Assembly (NCBI GenBank): GCA_032718475.1
Contig: JAUCBJ010007401.1
Location: 1 to 52,698, forward strand
DNA length: 52,698 nt
Source of the DNA: Nemertoderma westbladi
Taxonomy: Eukaryota; Animalia; Xenacoelomorpha
Reading direction: 5' to 3'
Under the pieces are notes generated by a model. It was not told the origin of the DNA and did not search any database. It worked only from the letters and a program-made list of their open reading frames with translations. The position numbers and the translations under genes were made by a program. Shown piece by piece: positions 21,523 through 35,146 of this stretch (within the stretch, counting starts at the first letter, position 1; every line of letters begins with the position of its first letter).

Positions 21523-22817
21523 CCCTATTAAACCCGGGGGGGGGGGGTCAATATGACCCCCCACCGTGGTTTTTTTATTATAATTCTGAAACAAACGCAG
21601 TTGGGAATCTGAAATTTTATGACTTTTCCTAAAAATCTATTGTCTTCCTAGTAGTGAAAACCGTTTTTAAAAATATTTGGTACTTTTCGAGTTATAGCAC
21701 CATTTTTTAACCCTACTTTTGGCACTTTTTTTGAGACGTTTTTTGAAAATTACATTTCATTAAATATTAATTGTAACATCTCTATTTTTCATTTACACCG
21801 GTTTTTTGGTGTTAGATTTGATGGAATTCATATAATTTGATTTAGAAATTTCAAACTTGTTTTTTTCGGTGGGTGCCAAATTTTGGTGCCAGCACCAAAT
21901 TTTGAAATAAGTCAATTTTGTAAATTGATCGTTTGAAACTTGTTTTTTACGCAATTGGGGTTTTTTGGGTTTCTGGATTCGATGAAATATATACGAGTTG
22001 CACCAAGCGTATCAAACTTGTATTTTTCGGTGCTGTGTGCAAATGTTGGTGCTAGCACGAAAATTTCAAAATCAATTCAATAGATAAAATTGCTTGTGAC
22101 AATTTATTTCTTGCGTTTTAGAAGTTTATGGCAGTTCTGAATTCAATAGAATATATAATAATCGAATTAGACCTCTCAAACTTGTATTTTTCGGAAGTGG
22201 GTGCAAAATGTGGTTCTAGCACCAAATTTTGAAAACCATCAAATGTATCAATTGATTGTGTCACCTTGTTTATTGCGTTATACGGGTTTGTGAGGGTTCT
22301 GAATTCAATGGAATCAGTAAAAATTTCATAAGAGTTTTCAAACTTGTATTTTTCGCCAATGGGTGAAAATTGTTGTGCCAGCACCAAATTTTGGAAAATA
22401 AGCAAATTGATCAGTAGATAGTATCATCTTGTTTCTTGCGTTATACGGGTTTATGAGGGTCCTGAATCCGATGGAATCAATAAAAACAGCACTGGACATC
22501 GCAAACTTGTGCTTTTTGGTGATGGGTACGAAATTTGGTGCTAGCACCAAAATTTGCCAAATTACGCCGGAAAATACAAGTAGCAATGATCTGGCATATT
22601 AGAAATGTATTCCATTAGAATCAGCGCCCTCGAAAACCTGAAAATGTGAATTTATAGCATCGTATAAGTGAATTAAAAATTTTGTGTTCTAACTGAAATG
22701 TGCTGGTTACTTGTTTTTTTCATTTTTTCCTACGCAGAGAGGACTAAACAGCAGAGAACATTATAGTAATCATATAGTTTTTTAATATTTTCCAATGTAT
22801 TTTGCACCCCAGAAAAC
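21523..22817 (-). mobile_element. piggyBac-like non-autonomous element, truncated copy
   Basis: TTAA|CCCTATTAAACCCGGG terminus; reverse-complement match to about 42150-43441; other end missing. Confidence 0.85.
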
Positions 22818-23169
22818 AGTACCCTCCAACCAATAGCAATCCATACAAGCGATATTAAATTAATTAGTTTATTTATTTATTATACCTGTTTTTCCTGTCC
22901 AACACGAATATGAACTTGTGAACTTGAATTTGAACTGGGGTTAAATTATAATTATATAAATGCGGCACACTAAACATGAATTGAAATTGGACATGGCATG
23001 AATGTTTTCTTGAATGAATCCCCATTCATTTCAACCTAGTTTTAAATGAATCCCTTGATCAACGGGATTCAATACAACCCAGGTTTAAAAGAAGTCTCTG
23101 GGTTTAAATGATTCCCGTAATAGGCTTACTATTCCTCAGTTATATTTCTCCTCAATTCTATTCCTCAGT

Positions 23170-26100
23170 CAAGCTCAAGTCGCAACAGCAACTGCTTACC
23201 CTGAGGACACCGTCGCATGCGCTAGAGGTAGCTGGGAAGGCTGTCTGACTAGATGACGGGCAAAGCCTTCCGAACAGAGCTCCCTTCACTTCGGTCCAAC
23301 GGACTTCACCAACCTTTTGTAGAGGCTGCAACAAGCCGTACTGGTACCTAATGAGCCTGAGGAAACATGAACGGCATTGTAATAGATTCCAAATATCATA
23401 GACTCTAACACTGTTAGAGGAACTGCCATTCAATGAGGTGTGGGGGCCCTCTACTATCGCTGACAATGAAACGGGGACCTCCATTGTTCTTTGAAATGTG
23501 GAAGGAGCGAAAAGTACAATAGAAACTACATGTGATGACACATTTTGTACAACTGACATCCTTCTCCTAACTGAAACCCTAGACGAGGATCTTGATATTC
23601 CCTCCTTTACTTGCGCCAATGTACCCTGTAAGAAGGGGAACGCTGGCAGGCCACATGGTGGATTAACAATAGCGAGCAATACACGAAATGGTGGGAATAC
23701 GAACTGTCACCATAAAAGCGAGAATATAATTGCGGCTTCCCTCCCAGGACTCGAAATAATATCCTCATGCTATAAACCAGAAACAGATGTAACTGATATA
23801 TTACTGGATCTCATTAATGTCATCAATGATATACGTGCGCATTCCCCTGCTCCGCTGCTGCTTGCTGGGGAGTTTAACTGTCGCCTCGATGGAGACAGTA
23901 CCCGGGGTGACCTCCTATGCGATGGCTTACTGGGTACAGGTCTATCCTGATACATCAGTGACAGATGCTACGGTACCTACCTACCTATGCTGGAATGGCC
24001 AGAGTGTCATTGACCTCGTGTTCGTTGACACCCCTCTACTTGACCTCGTTGATGATTATGTTAAACCAATCGTAAACTGCAAACACCAGCGAGTATTTAT
24101 TAATCTATCGATAACTCCCCCCCCCCCCCCCCCCCGTTCCAGATTGAAACAATCCGGGATATAAACAGCGCATGCGACTATATCACCGAAGCCCTACAAG
24201 CTGCATCCGTCCCCCGCCAACTGAGAAAATCTAAACCTTGGTTCACAAAAGAATGTTATGATTTACAACGACCTGTAAATGCGAGCCACGCCGCAGTCCG
24301 CTCACAGCCAAGCGATATAACTCGCCTCGAATATTCTGAGCTGACGTATACATATAAAACTCTTTTACATTCTTAGAAGAGGATATATGAGGCCCAGCAA
24401 GAACAAAAATTAATAGACCGTTGTGAGGCTGATATAACAGAGTTCTGGAATATAACAAAGGGTAAATGAGAGAACTCTGCACCCCAACAGGTTGCAGCAG
24501 AGGACTGGGCAACTCACTTTGACAACCTACTGAACAGAGCTGTTGATACCCAGCTACCCGACCTTCCTGATCAACCTGTTCTGGAACTCGACCGCCCAAT
24601 AGATGCGGCCAAGGTCACTTCATCCGTCAATGGAAACAAGAGCCATAAAGCGGCGGGCCCCAACGCGACCTCAAACGAATCATTAAAACTCGGTCTCCCC
24701 CTACTATTACCATTCCTCCTTGTGCTTTTTTTCCACGTGTTTCGCAGTGGCCCAGGTGGCTGGTTAACATCAAATCTCCTTCCACTCTACAAAGATAAGG
24801 GGCCAAAGTCGTCCCCGAACTCGTACCGCAGAGTCGCGCTCCTATCATGTCTGCTAAAGACGTACACGTCTAAACTCTTTAACAGACTCTACAGCTGGGC
24901 GGAAATTAGCGGAGTCCTACCGGTATGTCAGTTCGGCTTCCGGAAGGGGAAATCAACCATACAGGCCGCTATGCAACTCCATGCACATATCCGGTGTGCG
25001 TTGAGTTTACCACGTGGTCACTTCTACAGCGTATTCGTGGACTTCTCAAAGGCATTTGACTCTATCAACCGAAGGAAACTCTGTCTTAAACTCTCAATAC
25101 TGGGTCTTAGTCGTACTTTTATAGCAGCAATATGGGCTATAATCGGATGCAACTTTGTCTGTATATGCCTGGGGATATATTTAATTGAGCCCATAACTCA
25201 AATGATTGGCATAATCCAGGGTGATAAACTTTCCCCCCTACTCTTCAGCCTATTTGTTTCCAACATCCCTGCTGTTATATTAGCTGCAGGCTGCTGTTTA
25301 TATATGTACGCGGATGACGTCGCGATTACTGGTAACATGATCACTGAGGTTCAAACCAGCCTCCTAGAGTACCTCCTGGCATACTGCAAAGAAAATGACC
25401 TCGTCGTCAATAAGGCGAAAACGAAGGCGATGTAATTCCACCGTGGTGGCCGCCTCTGCAGAACCGACATCCTAGTCTACAATGGATCCCCCCTGGAGTT
25501 CGTCAACTCCTTCGAGTACCTCGGGGTTGTCCTCACGACAAAGAACTGCGCCACAGGTCACTCTACAAACACCTACACAAGCGTGGGATATCAGCCTGTA
25601 TGTGATTGGCAATTAAGGTCAATTTCTAGTTCATCTCCATGACAACAGCCCAGCGTCTATGGAAGCTCGTTATTCTACCAGCGACGACCTACGGCTGCGC
25701 TGCGCAGTCTTCGGCGTAGTTCCATCGAACGCTGACTCGCTGAACCACGTCGTAGTGGTTCGAGCGTTCTATTGGAAAGTGTGATGCGGGGTAAGTAAAT
25801 ACGCCTCCACCACGGCAATACTAAACGCAGTCGATCACCCTTCAGAGAACGGCGAGCTCTCCCTCCTCGAACTCACCGGCTATAGATGCCGTGCGGCAGC
25901 CCAATTCATTTCTAACGGCTCGCACCACAAGCTATGCCTCAGCAAAGGGTGCTGGAGACCGATGCCCACATGTATCTGCCGTCTCTGCGACGGTCCGGCG
26001 ACGGACAAGGACCACAGCCTCAGTTGTACTGGCATCCCAACTCTCTCAACAACATTTAAACGTTCCCTGTTCCTTTACGCCCTAAACGACTTTTAACTGA

Positions 26101-26353
26101 ATCGATATCTATTTTAATAAAAAAAAATATTTTTTCTTTTATTTCATTTCATTGCACCACCCTTTTTAATATTTTTTTAAATTTTGCAATGATAATTTAA
26201 TTTAACTCAACTAATAGCACCTTTAAACGTATATTTACAATTACATAACATTATATTTACAATATTTTATATGTGTGATTCCTACCATCCTAACTTGATT
26301 TCATGTTCCTGTTTCATTTATACACCATATGTTGGTAATAAAGTTTTAGTTTC
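23170..26353 (+). mobile_element. Decayed APE-RT non-LTR retrotransposon (clade unresolved), probably 5' truncated
   Basis: APE motifs (NVEG, LLTET, GRPHGG, LAGEFNC, SVIDL); RT QFGFRKGKST, FVDFSKAFDS, QGDKLSP, YADD; Cys/His-rich C-terminus near 25920-26030; ATTCCTCAGT duplicated at 23160-23169 and 26354-26363. Confidence 0.9.
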
Positions 26354-26847
26354 ATTCCTCAGTTATTAGTATTGAAAATTATTTCATTTTTTAATCATCG
26401 GACTACATTGGCCACCAAAAACACCCCTCTTGCAACAATTTTTTCATTGCCTCCCTGCGTGTGCGCTGGTTTCGCCACAAATTTCATTGCCTTCATATGA
26501 AATACTTTAATTACAATTTTTCGTTCTTTCAGGTTCTCAATGCAGCGTACTTTTTGTATTGCCAATAATTCTTCGTAAAACATTTATCTGAATCATGTTC
26601 ATATTATATTACAGAATAAGCATTTCCTATACGAAAATTAGATCTTTTGCCTTTGTCACTTCCAACATCAATTGGGTATATACGAGTTTAAATAATAACA
26701 ATATTTAAATCATTGTGTGCAAAGTGGCACTTTGCAGCGAAATGACCCGAGTTTATTTATGTACCAAGCGAGCGCAGCGAGGGAGGTTTACATAAATAAA
26801 CAAGGGTAACGCTGAAAAGTGACTTTTGCAAGCAATGATGTATGAAT

Positions 26848-27419
26848 TTTGTTAAATTATGTCAACTTATCAGCGTTCGGTATGTGAAAAAAGGATTTTA
26901 TGGTAGCTCATTTAAACATTTTAATCATGTACTATTTCGAATATAAGATAATTTTATTAACAGGTACACAGTATTAATTATACATTTAAATCTAATTAAA
27001 GTTTATTGTTTATCCTGCATGGATGTGATAAATCTTTGATCCATCGTCGAATAAGTCACCGTCTGTGTCCGTTCAGTTTTACTGAACACTGTCGCCATAT
27101 TTTATTTGCTCATTTTCTCTAAAATGTATTCTATAGGACGTATGGAAAACAGTCTTAACATGTTAAACAATTATTTACATACAGTAGCTAGTCCCGTCAC
27201 TTCAAACTGGACGCACGCATTATGCAAACAGGTACTGCATTTTTTGAATAAAGAAGCACACATTAATACAAATGGAAATGATACATTCTGGAATACGGTA
27301 ATTTAAGTTGTTTCCATGTCATTGATTACTTTGCATCGTCCCGTCCTATAGGCCGCAACGGTGCAAAGTAGTACTTTGCAGCGTTATAACGCTGTTAAGT
27401 TGACATAATGTAACAAAAT
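26848..27419. mobile_element. MITE-like element with ~31-bp imperfect terminal inverted repeats
   Basis: ttttgttaaattatgtcaacttatcagcgtt versus aacgctgttaagttgacataatgtaacaaaa. Confidence 0.55.
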
Positions 27420-28231
27420 AGTTTATTTCATCGAAATCTTTGTCCCTCATATTTATTTTACAGTCAGTAGACTTTCAGAATGCGAAAGACGAACGTTTCA
27501 CTTTCTCGTGATCTTTAGTATAAAACTACTTAAGGAAACAATCAGATCTTATTGAGAGTAAATGTAAATATATAATATACATAGGTTAATATTTAACCTA
27601 TGATATCCTTGAAGGGATTCATTTCACCGGCGGATGTCATTTCAACCAGGTTGTTATGACTCCCCAGATCACTGGGGAGTAATTCTAAACGGGGTTTCAT
27701 CAACATGGTCCTCAATTATTAAGAAATTTGTCTTTTTTAGGTGATGGACCGTTGGTACGCAAAGGGTCAAAGAAAATTAACAAAAACTAAGAAAGTATGC
27801 CTACTTGCTAGTATATCCCCTTCAAAATTGATAAAAAAAATGTAGTGAAATGGCGAACTACAGAGTAGTACGAAACTTTTATATTTAAAAATACAAACAT
27901 TTTGTTGTTTTGAAATTGAAATCTTCATAGGTGTTTTTTTTTAATTTTCGAGTTCCAAAAACTTTACTTTACATTAGTCTCGAAATACTTTATCGTATAT
28001 TGTAATCAACACTGCAATCCTTACCGCCTGATACAGGAAACAAAGACAAAACCGGTAACCGACGCAAAATTCGTTCTTTGCAAGTCAATGAAACAATTAT
28101 TATTAATCAATATAATTTAATTAAGTTACATAATGTTCATTCCTCTTTACTTGTATCTTCTGGAACCACATCCAATGAACTTTGTGGAGAGGTAATTGTT
28201 CTATAAGCTTTTGAAACTTTTGGTAATTTAC

Positions 28232-28340
28232 CTTCTCGTCTTTCTTCTGTATTGAGTGTACTTCCTATTGATGCGAAACAGGAAAGCAAACACGCCAGAC
28301 AAACGATGCAAGCCAAAACTGTGTGTCTACAAAACCCCAT
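28232..28340 (-). CDS. Candidate first (signal-peptide) exon, possibly of the ACE-family gene
   Basis: MGFCRHTVLACIVCLACLLSCFASIGSTLNTEERRE followed by AG|GTAAAT donor; same strand as the ACE exons, which lack a start. Ends in phase 1 while the 2694 exon starts in phase 0, so an unseen exon would be needed. Confidence 0.45.
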
Positions 28341-28611
28341 CACGTTTTAATCAGATTTGCTGCGTGTATGGTTTGTTTCTGCACGCTGAATAGCAGCAGA
28401 GAGTCAGAAACCAGCAATTAAGAAATGAAACTATTATAGCCAAGACAACAGCATATGCTTCCATGCAGGTTAATCTAATTATTATATAAGCTAAAACATC
28501 ACAAAATTTTTATTGACATTGGTGAATGCTCTGGTAGAATGTTCTAGTCCTAGTTCCTTGCCTAGTAGTGCCTAGTGAATTATAGGGCACTACTATACTG
28601 TAGTAAGTGAA

Positions 28612-29240
28612 CCCATAACAGGGATTTCTTTGTAGAAGCTAGTTTTTACTACTTTTTTTAAATCTTCCATCTCATAATAGCTATAGTTTAATAAAAAAAA
28701 GTGTTCTAGAACACATATTTTTTGTTCTAGAACATTTAAAAAAATTATTTGAAATTTATTAGAAATTATTTGTTATTTGTAATAATTGTTTATTTATCTA
28801 TAAACATTAATAGCTACAAATTTTCAAGCTACCTATTGATTTTGCAAGTTAGCTATTATTAAAAAAAAAGAATTATTTGGTATGTGTAGTAAATTGTTTA
28901 ATAATTATCTATAAACATTAAAGTTAGATTCTAGTTGTAAAGGAAGTATAAAAGGAAAGTATAATTTTGAAAAAAAATTTTTGTTTTTTAATAAAAGCCA
29001 ACTTGCAAAATAACTACCTAGACTGAAAATTAGTAGCTATTAAGGTTTATAGATAATTAAACAATTTATTACTCATAACAAATAATTTCTGAAAAATATA
29101 TATTTTTTTTAATGTTCTAGAACAAAAAATATGTATTGCACAACATTTTTTTTTTTTTTACAAAAGTATAGCTAATATGACATAGAACATTAAAAAAAGT
29201 AGCAAAAACTAGCTACTACAAAAAAAATCCCGGATATGGA
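28612..29240. repeat. Foldback element, imperfect inverted arms of about 300 bp
   Basis: gggatttctttgtagaagctagtttttactac...gttctagaacat mirrored by atgttctagaac...gtagcaaaaactagctactacaaaaaaaatccc. Confidence 0.75.
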
Positions 29241-31291
29241 TACACATAATAGTGCCGGTAAAGTGACTCGCCTGCCTTCGATGCTACTTATAGGGTGCAG
29301 GTTCAAAATTTAGTCATTCATCATTCTAGAATATATAACACAAGACAACAATGCCGTTTTAATTCAACTAGGGGGGTAGCACTCCCCTATTTTGGAAATT
29401 GACAAAAAAGTTTTATTATTCTATCATGTGCCAAATTTAATGGAGATTTCAAATCTGCAAGCAGTTTTCTAATATCTTATTTCAAACTCAAGTTATTACG
29501 CAAAACGTAAGAGCTAGTCTGATTTTTGTAAAGCCTTCGAGCAGCACTATATTTTACAATTGTGCGGGGCCCTTTTCATAAAAAAGGCTCTCACGGTATA
29601 GATATGTATAAAATTGCTAAAACGTTGTTTTACTAGTTATCTGTTTAGCAAGCATGATAAATTTCGTTGAATTTCATTCATTTTTCATAAAGTTATTGAC
29701 GAACATAGAAAATTGGTATTACTGTATCTAAAATCGCGGGAAGGTTTAAATTGTTTCTTAAACTTTAAACACCTATATCTCAGAATGACGTTTTTCATGA
29801 AAAAGGCTATTTCTCCGCCAATTTTAACTCAAATGAGTGGAAATTTGGTACATTTGTTAAGATTACCCTTGTCCATACTTATTCTTAACAAATTTCGTTG
29901 AAAATGCCCTGGAGCCATTTTCTATCAAAAAGGCCAAAAAAAGCCCTTTTTTGGGGCCTTTTTGTTCTAAAAAGGCTCCAGAGCATTTGAGGCAAAATAT
30001 GTTAAGAAGAATTGGATGCAGGGTTCTTCTGAACCTATAATCCAACTTTCGACAATTTTCAACAAATATTGGTGGAGAAACAGCCCTTTGGCGCAAAAAT
30101 GCCATTTTGGCCATTACGGAGCCATTTTGGGGCCAATTTTAAAAATATTTGGTTTGGCTATTCTCAGACGTTGTTTAGTAGCAGAAAAAAATATTTTTCA
30201 CCCAGTTTTATGGTTCAGATACACAAAAATGTGAGGTTCAATTTGGGGGTGCTACCCCCCCCCCCCCCCCTTAAATTTTTTTCCAGTAGTCGTTGGATTT
30301 AAGTGCAATGGCATGTGAATAAAAAAACCTCAGAGCGCAATTTTACTTAAAAAAAAGAATATTGGACGACCGGTAAGATATAGTGATTTTAATGTTGGCT
30401 CTTATTTATAAGACGCAAGATAAGTAGAATTTCTGACAACACCAAACAGTGACAACAGTCGGTTACACTAGAAAATTGGTAGCTATTATTTTTTTAGAAC
30501 GTTGTAGTGATCTAAAATTACTAACTGCAATATAATATAGTTGTATATGTTCTAGAATTGAGGTGCAGCGTTTCCAATTATTGTACTGATGCTGACTTTT
30601 GTTAAATAATTTAATTTTCTGGAATGTTGATTTATTTGAGTAGAGAGCAACTCAACTGCATTAAATGATTTGAAGACAAGTGCGCCTTTCAGTAAAGTTC
30701 CTATAATGTGCGTGGATTTTGCTTAATAAATAAGTGCGTGGATTTTGCTAAAATTCCAAACCAACAACCTTTTGTACCTCGATGCACTTTCAACGCATGT
30801 ATTAAAATTGATGGAATTACACCAAAAATATTTACACACTTTCTTACTTTGCTTTTTACACCGACGGGAAAAATCATATTCAATGCAATCCTATGGGTTA
30901 ATTTTTCTCGCGGTTAAGGAAAAGTATTCCATTTTCTCCCGGTTATTGTTTAAATTCGGGCGATTTTTTGTATACGTCTAATTTTCTTTGCAAATTTAAC
31001 TGCGTCTAATTTGTTACTATAAAGATAACATCGCGATTCCAAAATTATTTTTATTTCTCTGTGGTTATAAACTAAATATACAACACCAAATAAAAACCTG
31101 ACTTGTAATATAGATAATTTGATAAAAATAGAAATGCGTCATAGAAATTGCAGATTTCCGATTACTCATTCCATTCTTTCAATTAAATTTACTTTTTCTT
31201 TCATACGTAAAACGAATTCGCCTACTATAACTATTAGTAATAGATAATTAAACAAGATAACTAGTCATGTCTTAATGAAATATTCGTCAAA

Positions 31292-31525
31292 ATGTTTCTA
31301 ATATTATTGATATTGGTGTTATTTGACTTGACTGAAACATCTAGTGCAAAGGATAAAGAAGATAATAATAAGAAGGAAGATAAAGAAAATTCATCACCGG
31401 CAAAGTTTTGGGGACTTTATTTGACCGCCATGATACTTGTTGGGGCGGTATGGATCGGCAGTGTAATTATCGAGAGTGGACAATATATCAAACAACACAA
31501 CAGCAAGGGACGCAGAGATTCATAG
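31292..31525 (+). CDS. Possible small type-I membrane protein (signal peptide, charged linker, one TM helix)
   Basis: MFLILLILVLFDLTETSSA-KDKEDNNKKEDKE-FWGLYLTAMILVGAVWIGSVII; caaaATG context; no recognised homology. Confidence 0.4.
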   Translation: MFLILLILVLFDLTETSSAKDKEDNNKKEDKENSSPAKFWGLYLTAMILVGAVWIGSVIIESGQYIKQHNSKGRRDS

Positions 31526-31714
31526 AAAAAAAATGAAATGGACGAAAAGTTTAAGTGTTGGAGTTTAAAGTGCAGAACAATGGGAGAACGAATAACGACA
31601 AAATATGAGCAAGTAGAAGAGTGACTGTTTCTGGAGTCTAAGTAATTATTTTATTTTTATGAACCATGTAATACAGCAATTTCTTCAGCTTTTCACGATA
31701 TATAAGTCATACAG

Positions 31715-32110
31715 AAATCTCGGAAACTTGAAGTCCAATTGTTTAGAGCAGCAGTAGTTCCAGTACTCCTCTATGGGAGTCCATGCAGGGCTCTAACTGC
31801 TGAGGACACCAAATCTCTGGATAGCACATTTACAATAATGCTAGGTCGGGTTCATTGTGTCAAGTACAATACACATATTTCCAACCAGACACTATATAAC
31901 ATTGAAGGTGTCTCATTGGTTCCCCCAAGCTTGACACTAGAACAAAGCCGCCTCCGCTTTGCAGGACATTGCTTTCGCCGTGAGGACCAGCCAGTGCACA
32001 ATCTTGTGCTTTGGCAGCCTCGCGGAGAAAATAAGCATGGTGGACAGCCCATGACTTTCGTGAGACGCCTCCTAAAGATGCGGTTGAAGATGCGGTGCGG
32101 CGGTACAACT
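31715..32110 (+). mobile_element. RTE-clade LINE 3' fragment
   Basis: LFRAAVVPVLLYGS...HISNQTLY...RLRFAGHCFRR...VLWQPRG, the post-RT region typical of RTE elements. Confidence 0.8.
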
Positions 32111-33174
32111 TTGTTGATAAGCCGGCATAGCATTCGTAATGCACGCTGCATTGGGCTTGCCAATTGTGAATTACATGGTGGTGACAAATTGCATTTGTTA
32201 AGCTGGCATAGCATCTCAATATTAAGCAGTTTCAATGCAGCAGGCCGATTATAGTAGTAGTTGTAGTATAGCAGGAGTTAGAATCAGGAGTTATCGGCAA
32301 CAGGAACAAGTCGGGATTTACGTTAACACACGCAGTACCATGTGGGTCAAATGTGACCCAAATAGTCTCTGACTTTAACTCGGTAGCGTAAACGCGGCCT
32401 TACGGATCATGATAGAGCCATCGAGCACATTTGTATACTATGGGATGAACCAGTTCTGTAGTAGTGGTAGTGGTAGTAGTAATAGTCGACTCCGCTACCC
32501 TAAAACAATGTAGTTAGCATGACACCCGATGATAGGGTGTAAGGGAAATTGATTATTATTCTGGAAGTCAAACTAACTGAATAGCTTTCTTTATGTCCAG
32601 TAGTGGAGGTGAATGTCTCGTATCCATGGAAAGGGCTTCCCTACAATTCTAACAATGCAATGAAACTACTACTATTAATTTCCCTTCTTGGCGTTACCGG
32701 CACGTTACTTATGAGTATATTAACTATTAATTGCTCATAATCGTATTGTCCATAAATAATGTATTCTTATTAATATTTTAATTATTATAAACTTCTTATA
32801 ATCACAACGCAGTTTCTTGCGGCAGTATAGTATTATTTTGTTATTTCGCTTTTGTAGAGTAAAATTTATGATAATCACTGCGGGATATAAAGTGTCCCAT
32901 AGAAAAACATAGGATTATTATTTATTTCATGAATATAACCTCAATCAATTTTCAGGAATCAAATTAAAATCACACTTGGCTTATAACATGAAAAAAAAAT
33001 ACGTATAATATTATGTATAATAAACCTCTCTCGCAAATGCGTAAAAGATTAAAAAAAAGTTGAATTAAACTAAAACACCATTTTCATTCAACCCTCTTTT
33101 GAAATTATTTTAAATTATACATCGTATTTACGTTTAAACAGTTTAACCCAATAACCATAAAACATTTGTGAACA

Positions 33175-35146
33175 GGCTCATTCCAAAGTAAAGTACGAGA
33201 CATTCGTACACAATTTTGAACTTTGATTGCCTGTACAATGTTATCCACAGCACATATGTGCACAAAATTGTGCTTCGATTGAACTTTCGAATATCAGCTT
33301 TGATTTCGCGAAGCTTATGGCGGGACTTAGACACTTTTGAGAAAACACCAGCTTGTCCAATTAAGGTAAAGTACGGATTCGTACGAAATGGTTTTTTTTA
33401 TTTTATGATTTCAATTCTAAAGTTTAGCGAATTGTGCGCAGGTACGGTGTTGAGTTGATGTTTAGGATAAAGCTGTATTATTAAGCTTAAATAAAAATAT
33501 AAATATCAGACGAATTGCTACATTGCTAATTTTTTACAGTGTGGTGTGTGTGGTAAAGTATGGGACATTGCTAGGTAAAGTACGGGACCTGTACAATTTT
33601 ATGGTCAAAATGGTCTCTTACACTTAATCTAACAGTAATTTCTGGATAATTAGTGATAATAAAGTGCAACTAAGTATTTCCAACCAAGATATGGATGCAA
33701 AATGTGGGGCGACCCACAAATTGACCCGAAGTCTTAGCATATGGGTGCCGTTGAGGAGTTGTCTGTCATCTGTCTAATTTTTGATCGCTAATATTGTATA
33801 ACTCCTGTCATTTATAGATGAAATTAAACCAAACATGGTACGTATGAAGTCTGTCAAAAGTTTGGAAAGAATCTGAGGTTTAATGAATCAAAGGTCACAT
33901 ATCCGACAGTCTGTCTGTTGGTACCGATAGTTTCAAAATTTTGATAAAAACCGAAATAAGTCCGCCAATCATTGATGAAATATAACCAAACTTGGTACAC
34001 ATGTAGTCTGTAAAAAGTTTAGAAATTCTTTCCATTTTTCTGAAAATGTATCAATTACTATACTTACCGATCTTCTTATCTGCTAAAATAAACTACATTT
34101 TTTGAAGTTTGTTGTAAAGTACGGGACTTTACATGCATAAACTCAAAGATTAGTTAACTGAGGAATGTTTCTTAGTTCAAATACATACTTCTATGCTTCC
34201 CCCTACTATCACCCTAAAGCATTATAACACTCCTGCCCTCCAGGTTTCATATATTACATTAATAGAGTGCACTGAAATGTAATCGCCATTATAATGGTAA
34301 AGTATGGGACAATTTTCAATTGGCCGTCATGATGTTTCTAGGGAGTAGATTATGAAACTACAGGTAATTGTTTCTTAAGATGACGCAACACAAACGAGCT
34401 TTGCATTCCACTGGGTGATAGGGCTGATCTGAGTTAGAGTACTTCTCTGTGTATAAAAAAAAATTTAACTATTTTTTGGTAAAGTATGGGATTTCTTGAC
34501 TGAGGAATGATTCTCAGTTCAAATATAGACTCATATTCTTACGGCCTACTATGGCCTTAGAGTATTATAACAATCCTGGCTTCACATACATTAATACAGT
34601 GCACTAATATAATCGCCATTTTAATGGTAAAGTATAGGACAATTTTCAATTGGCCGCCATGATATTTCTGAGGGAGTGAAGATGAAACTAATTGTTTTAT
34701 ACGATGACGCAACACAAACGTGCTTTGCATTCCACTGGGTGATTAGGCTGAGTTACATCTCTGTGAATAAACTAAAAATTTCACTATTTTAGGTAAAGTA
34801 TGGGACATCACATGATTAAATTTATAGATTTAATTACAAGGGAATGAAATACATAATTCGAAAATGGGTTTGTTTTTGATTTGGTACATGCTCAGAAATG
34901 TTAATTTATTGGTCATGGGAAGTGCCTACTGGAAACGAAACTTTTGCACACTTTTATTCACATTTTGTGCAGAGCAGGTGCATAATTTGTAATTCGACTA
35001 TTTTTAAGAAACCACCTGTGTTGATACAATTTTTAGCACTGAATTCATGAAGTACGATAAATTTCGACCTAAAATAAGTATAAATTAAAAGCTACATCTC
35101 ATTTTTCGAAATTAGTGGGGAGGTTGACCTTTTCATGAAATGAGCC
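33175..35146. mobile_element. Non-autonomous DNA transposon with internal repeats
   Basis: Ends GGCTCATTCCA / TGAAATGAGCC; GTAAAGTAYGGGAC-like motif about 9 times; ~330-bp internal duplication within 34150-34810. Confidence 0.55.

Noticed and set aside
22118-22586. ORFs inside the piggyBac-like copies (also 42330-43316)
   Set aside because: Arise from internal subrepeats; no transposase motifs
26395-26690. Possible missing ACE exon or transposase remnant on the minus strand
   Set aside because: No convincing homology or phase-consistent splice pair could be established by eye
29290-30375. Possible Tc1/mariner-like non-autonomous element with internal palindromes
   Set aside because: Looks repeat-derived but matching termini and TSD could not be defined
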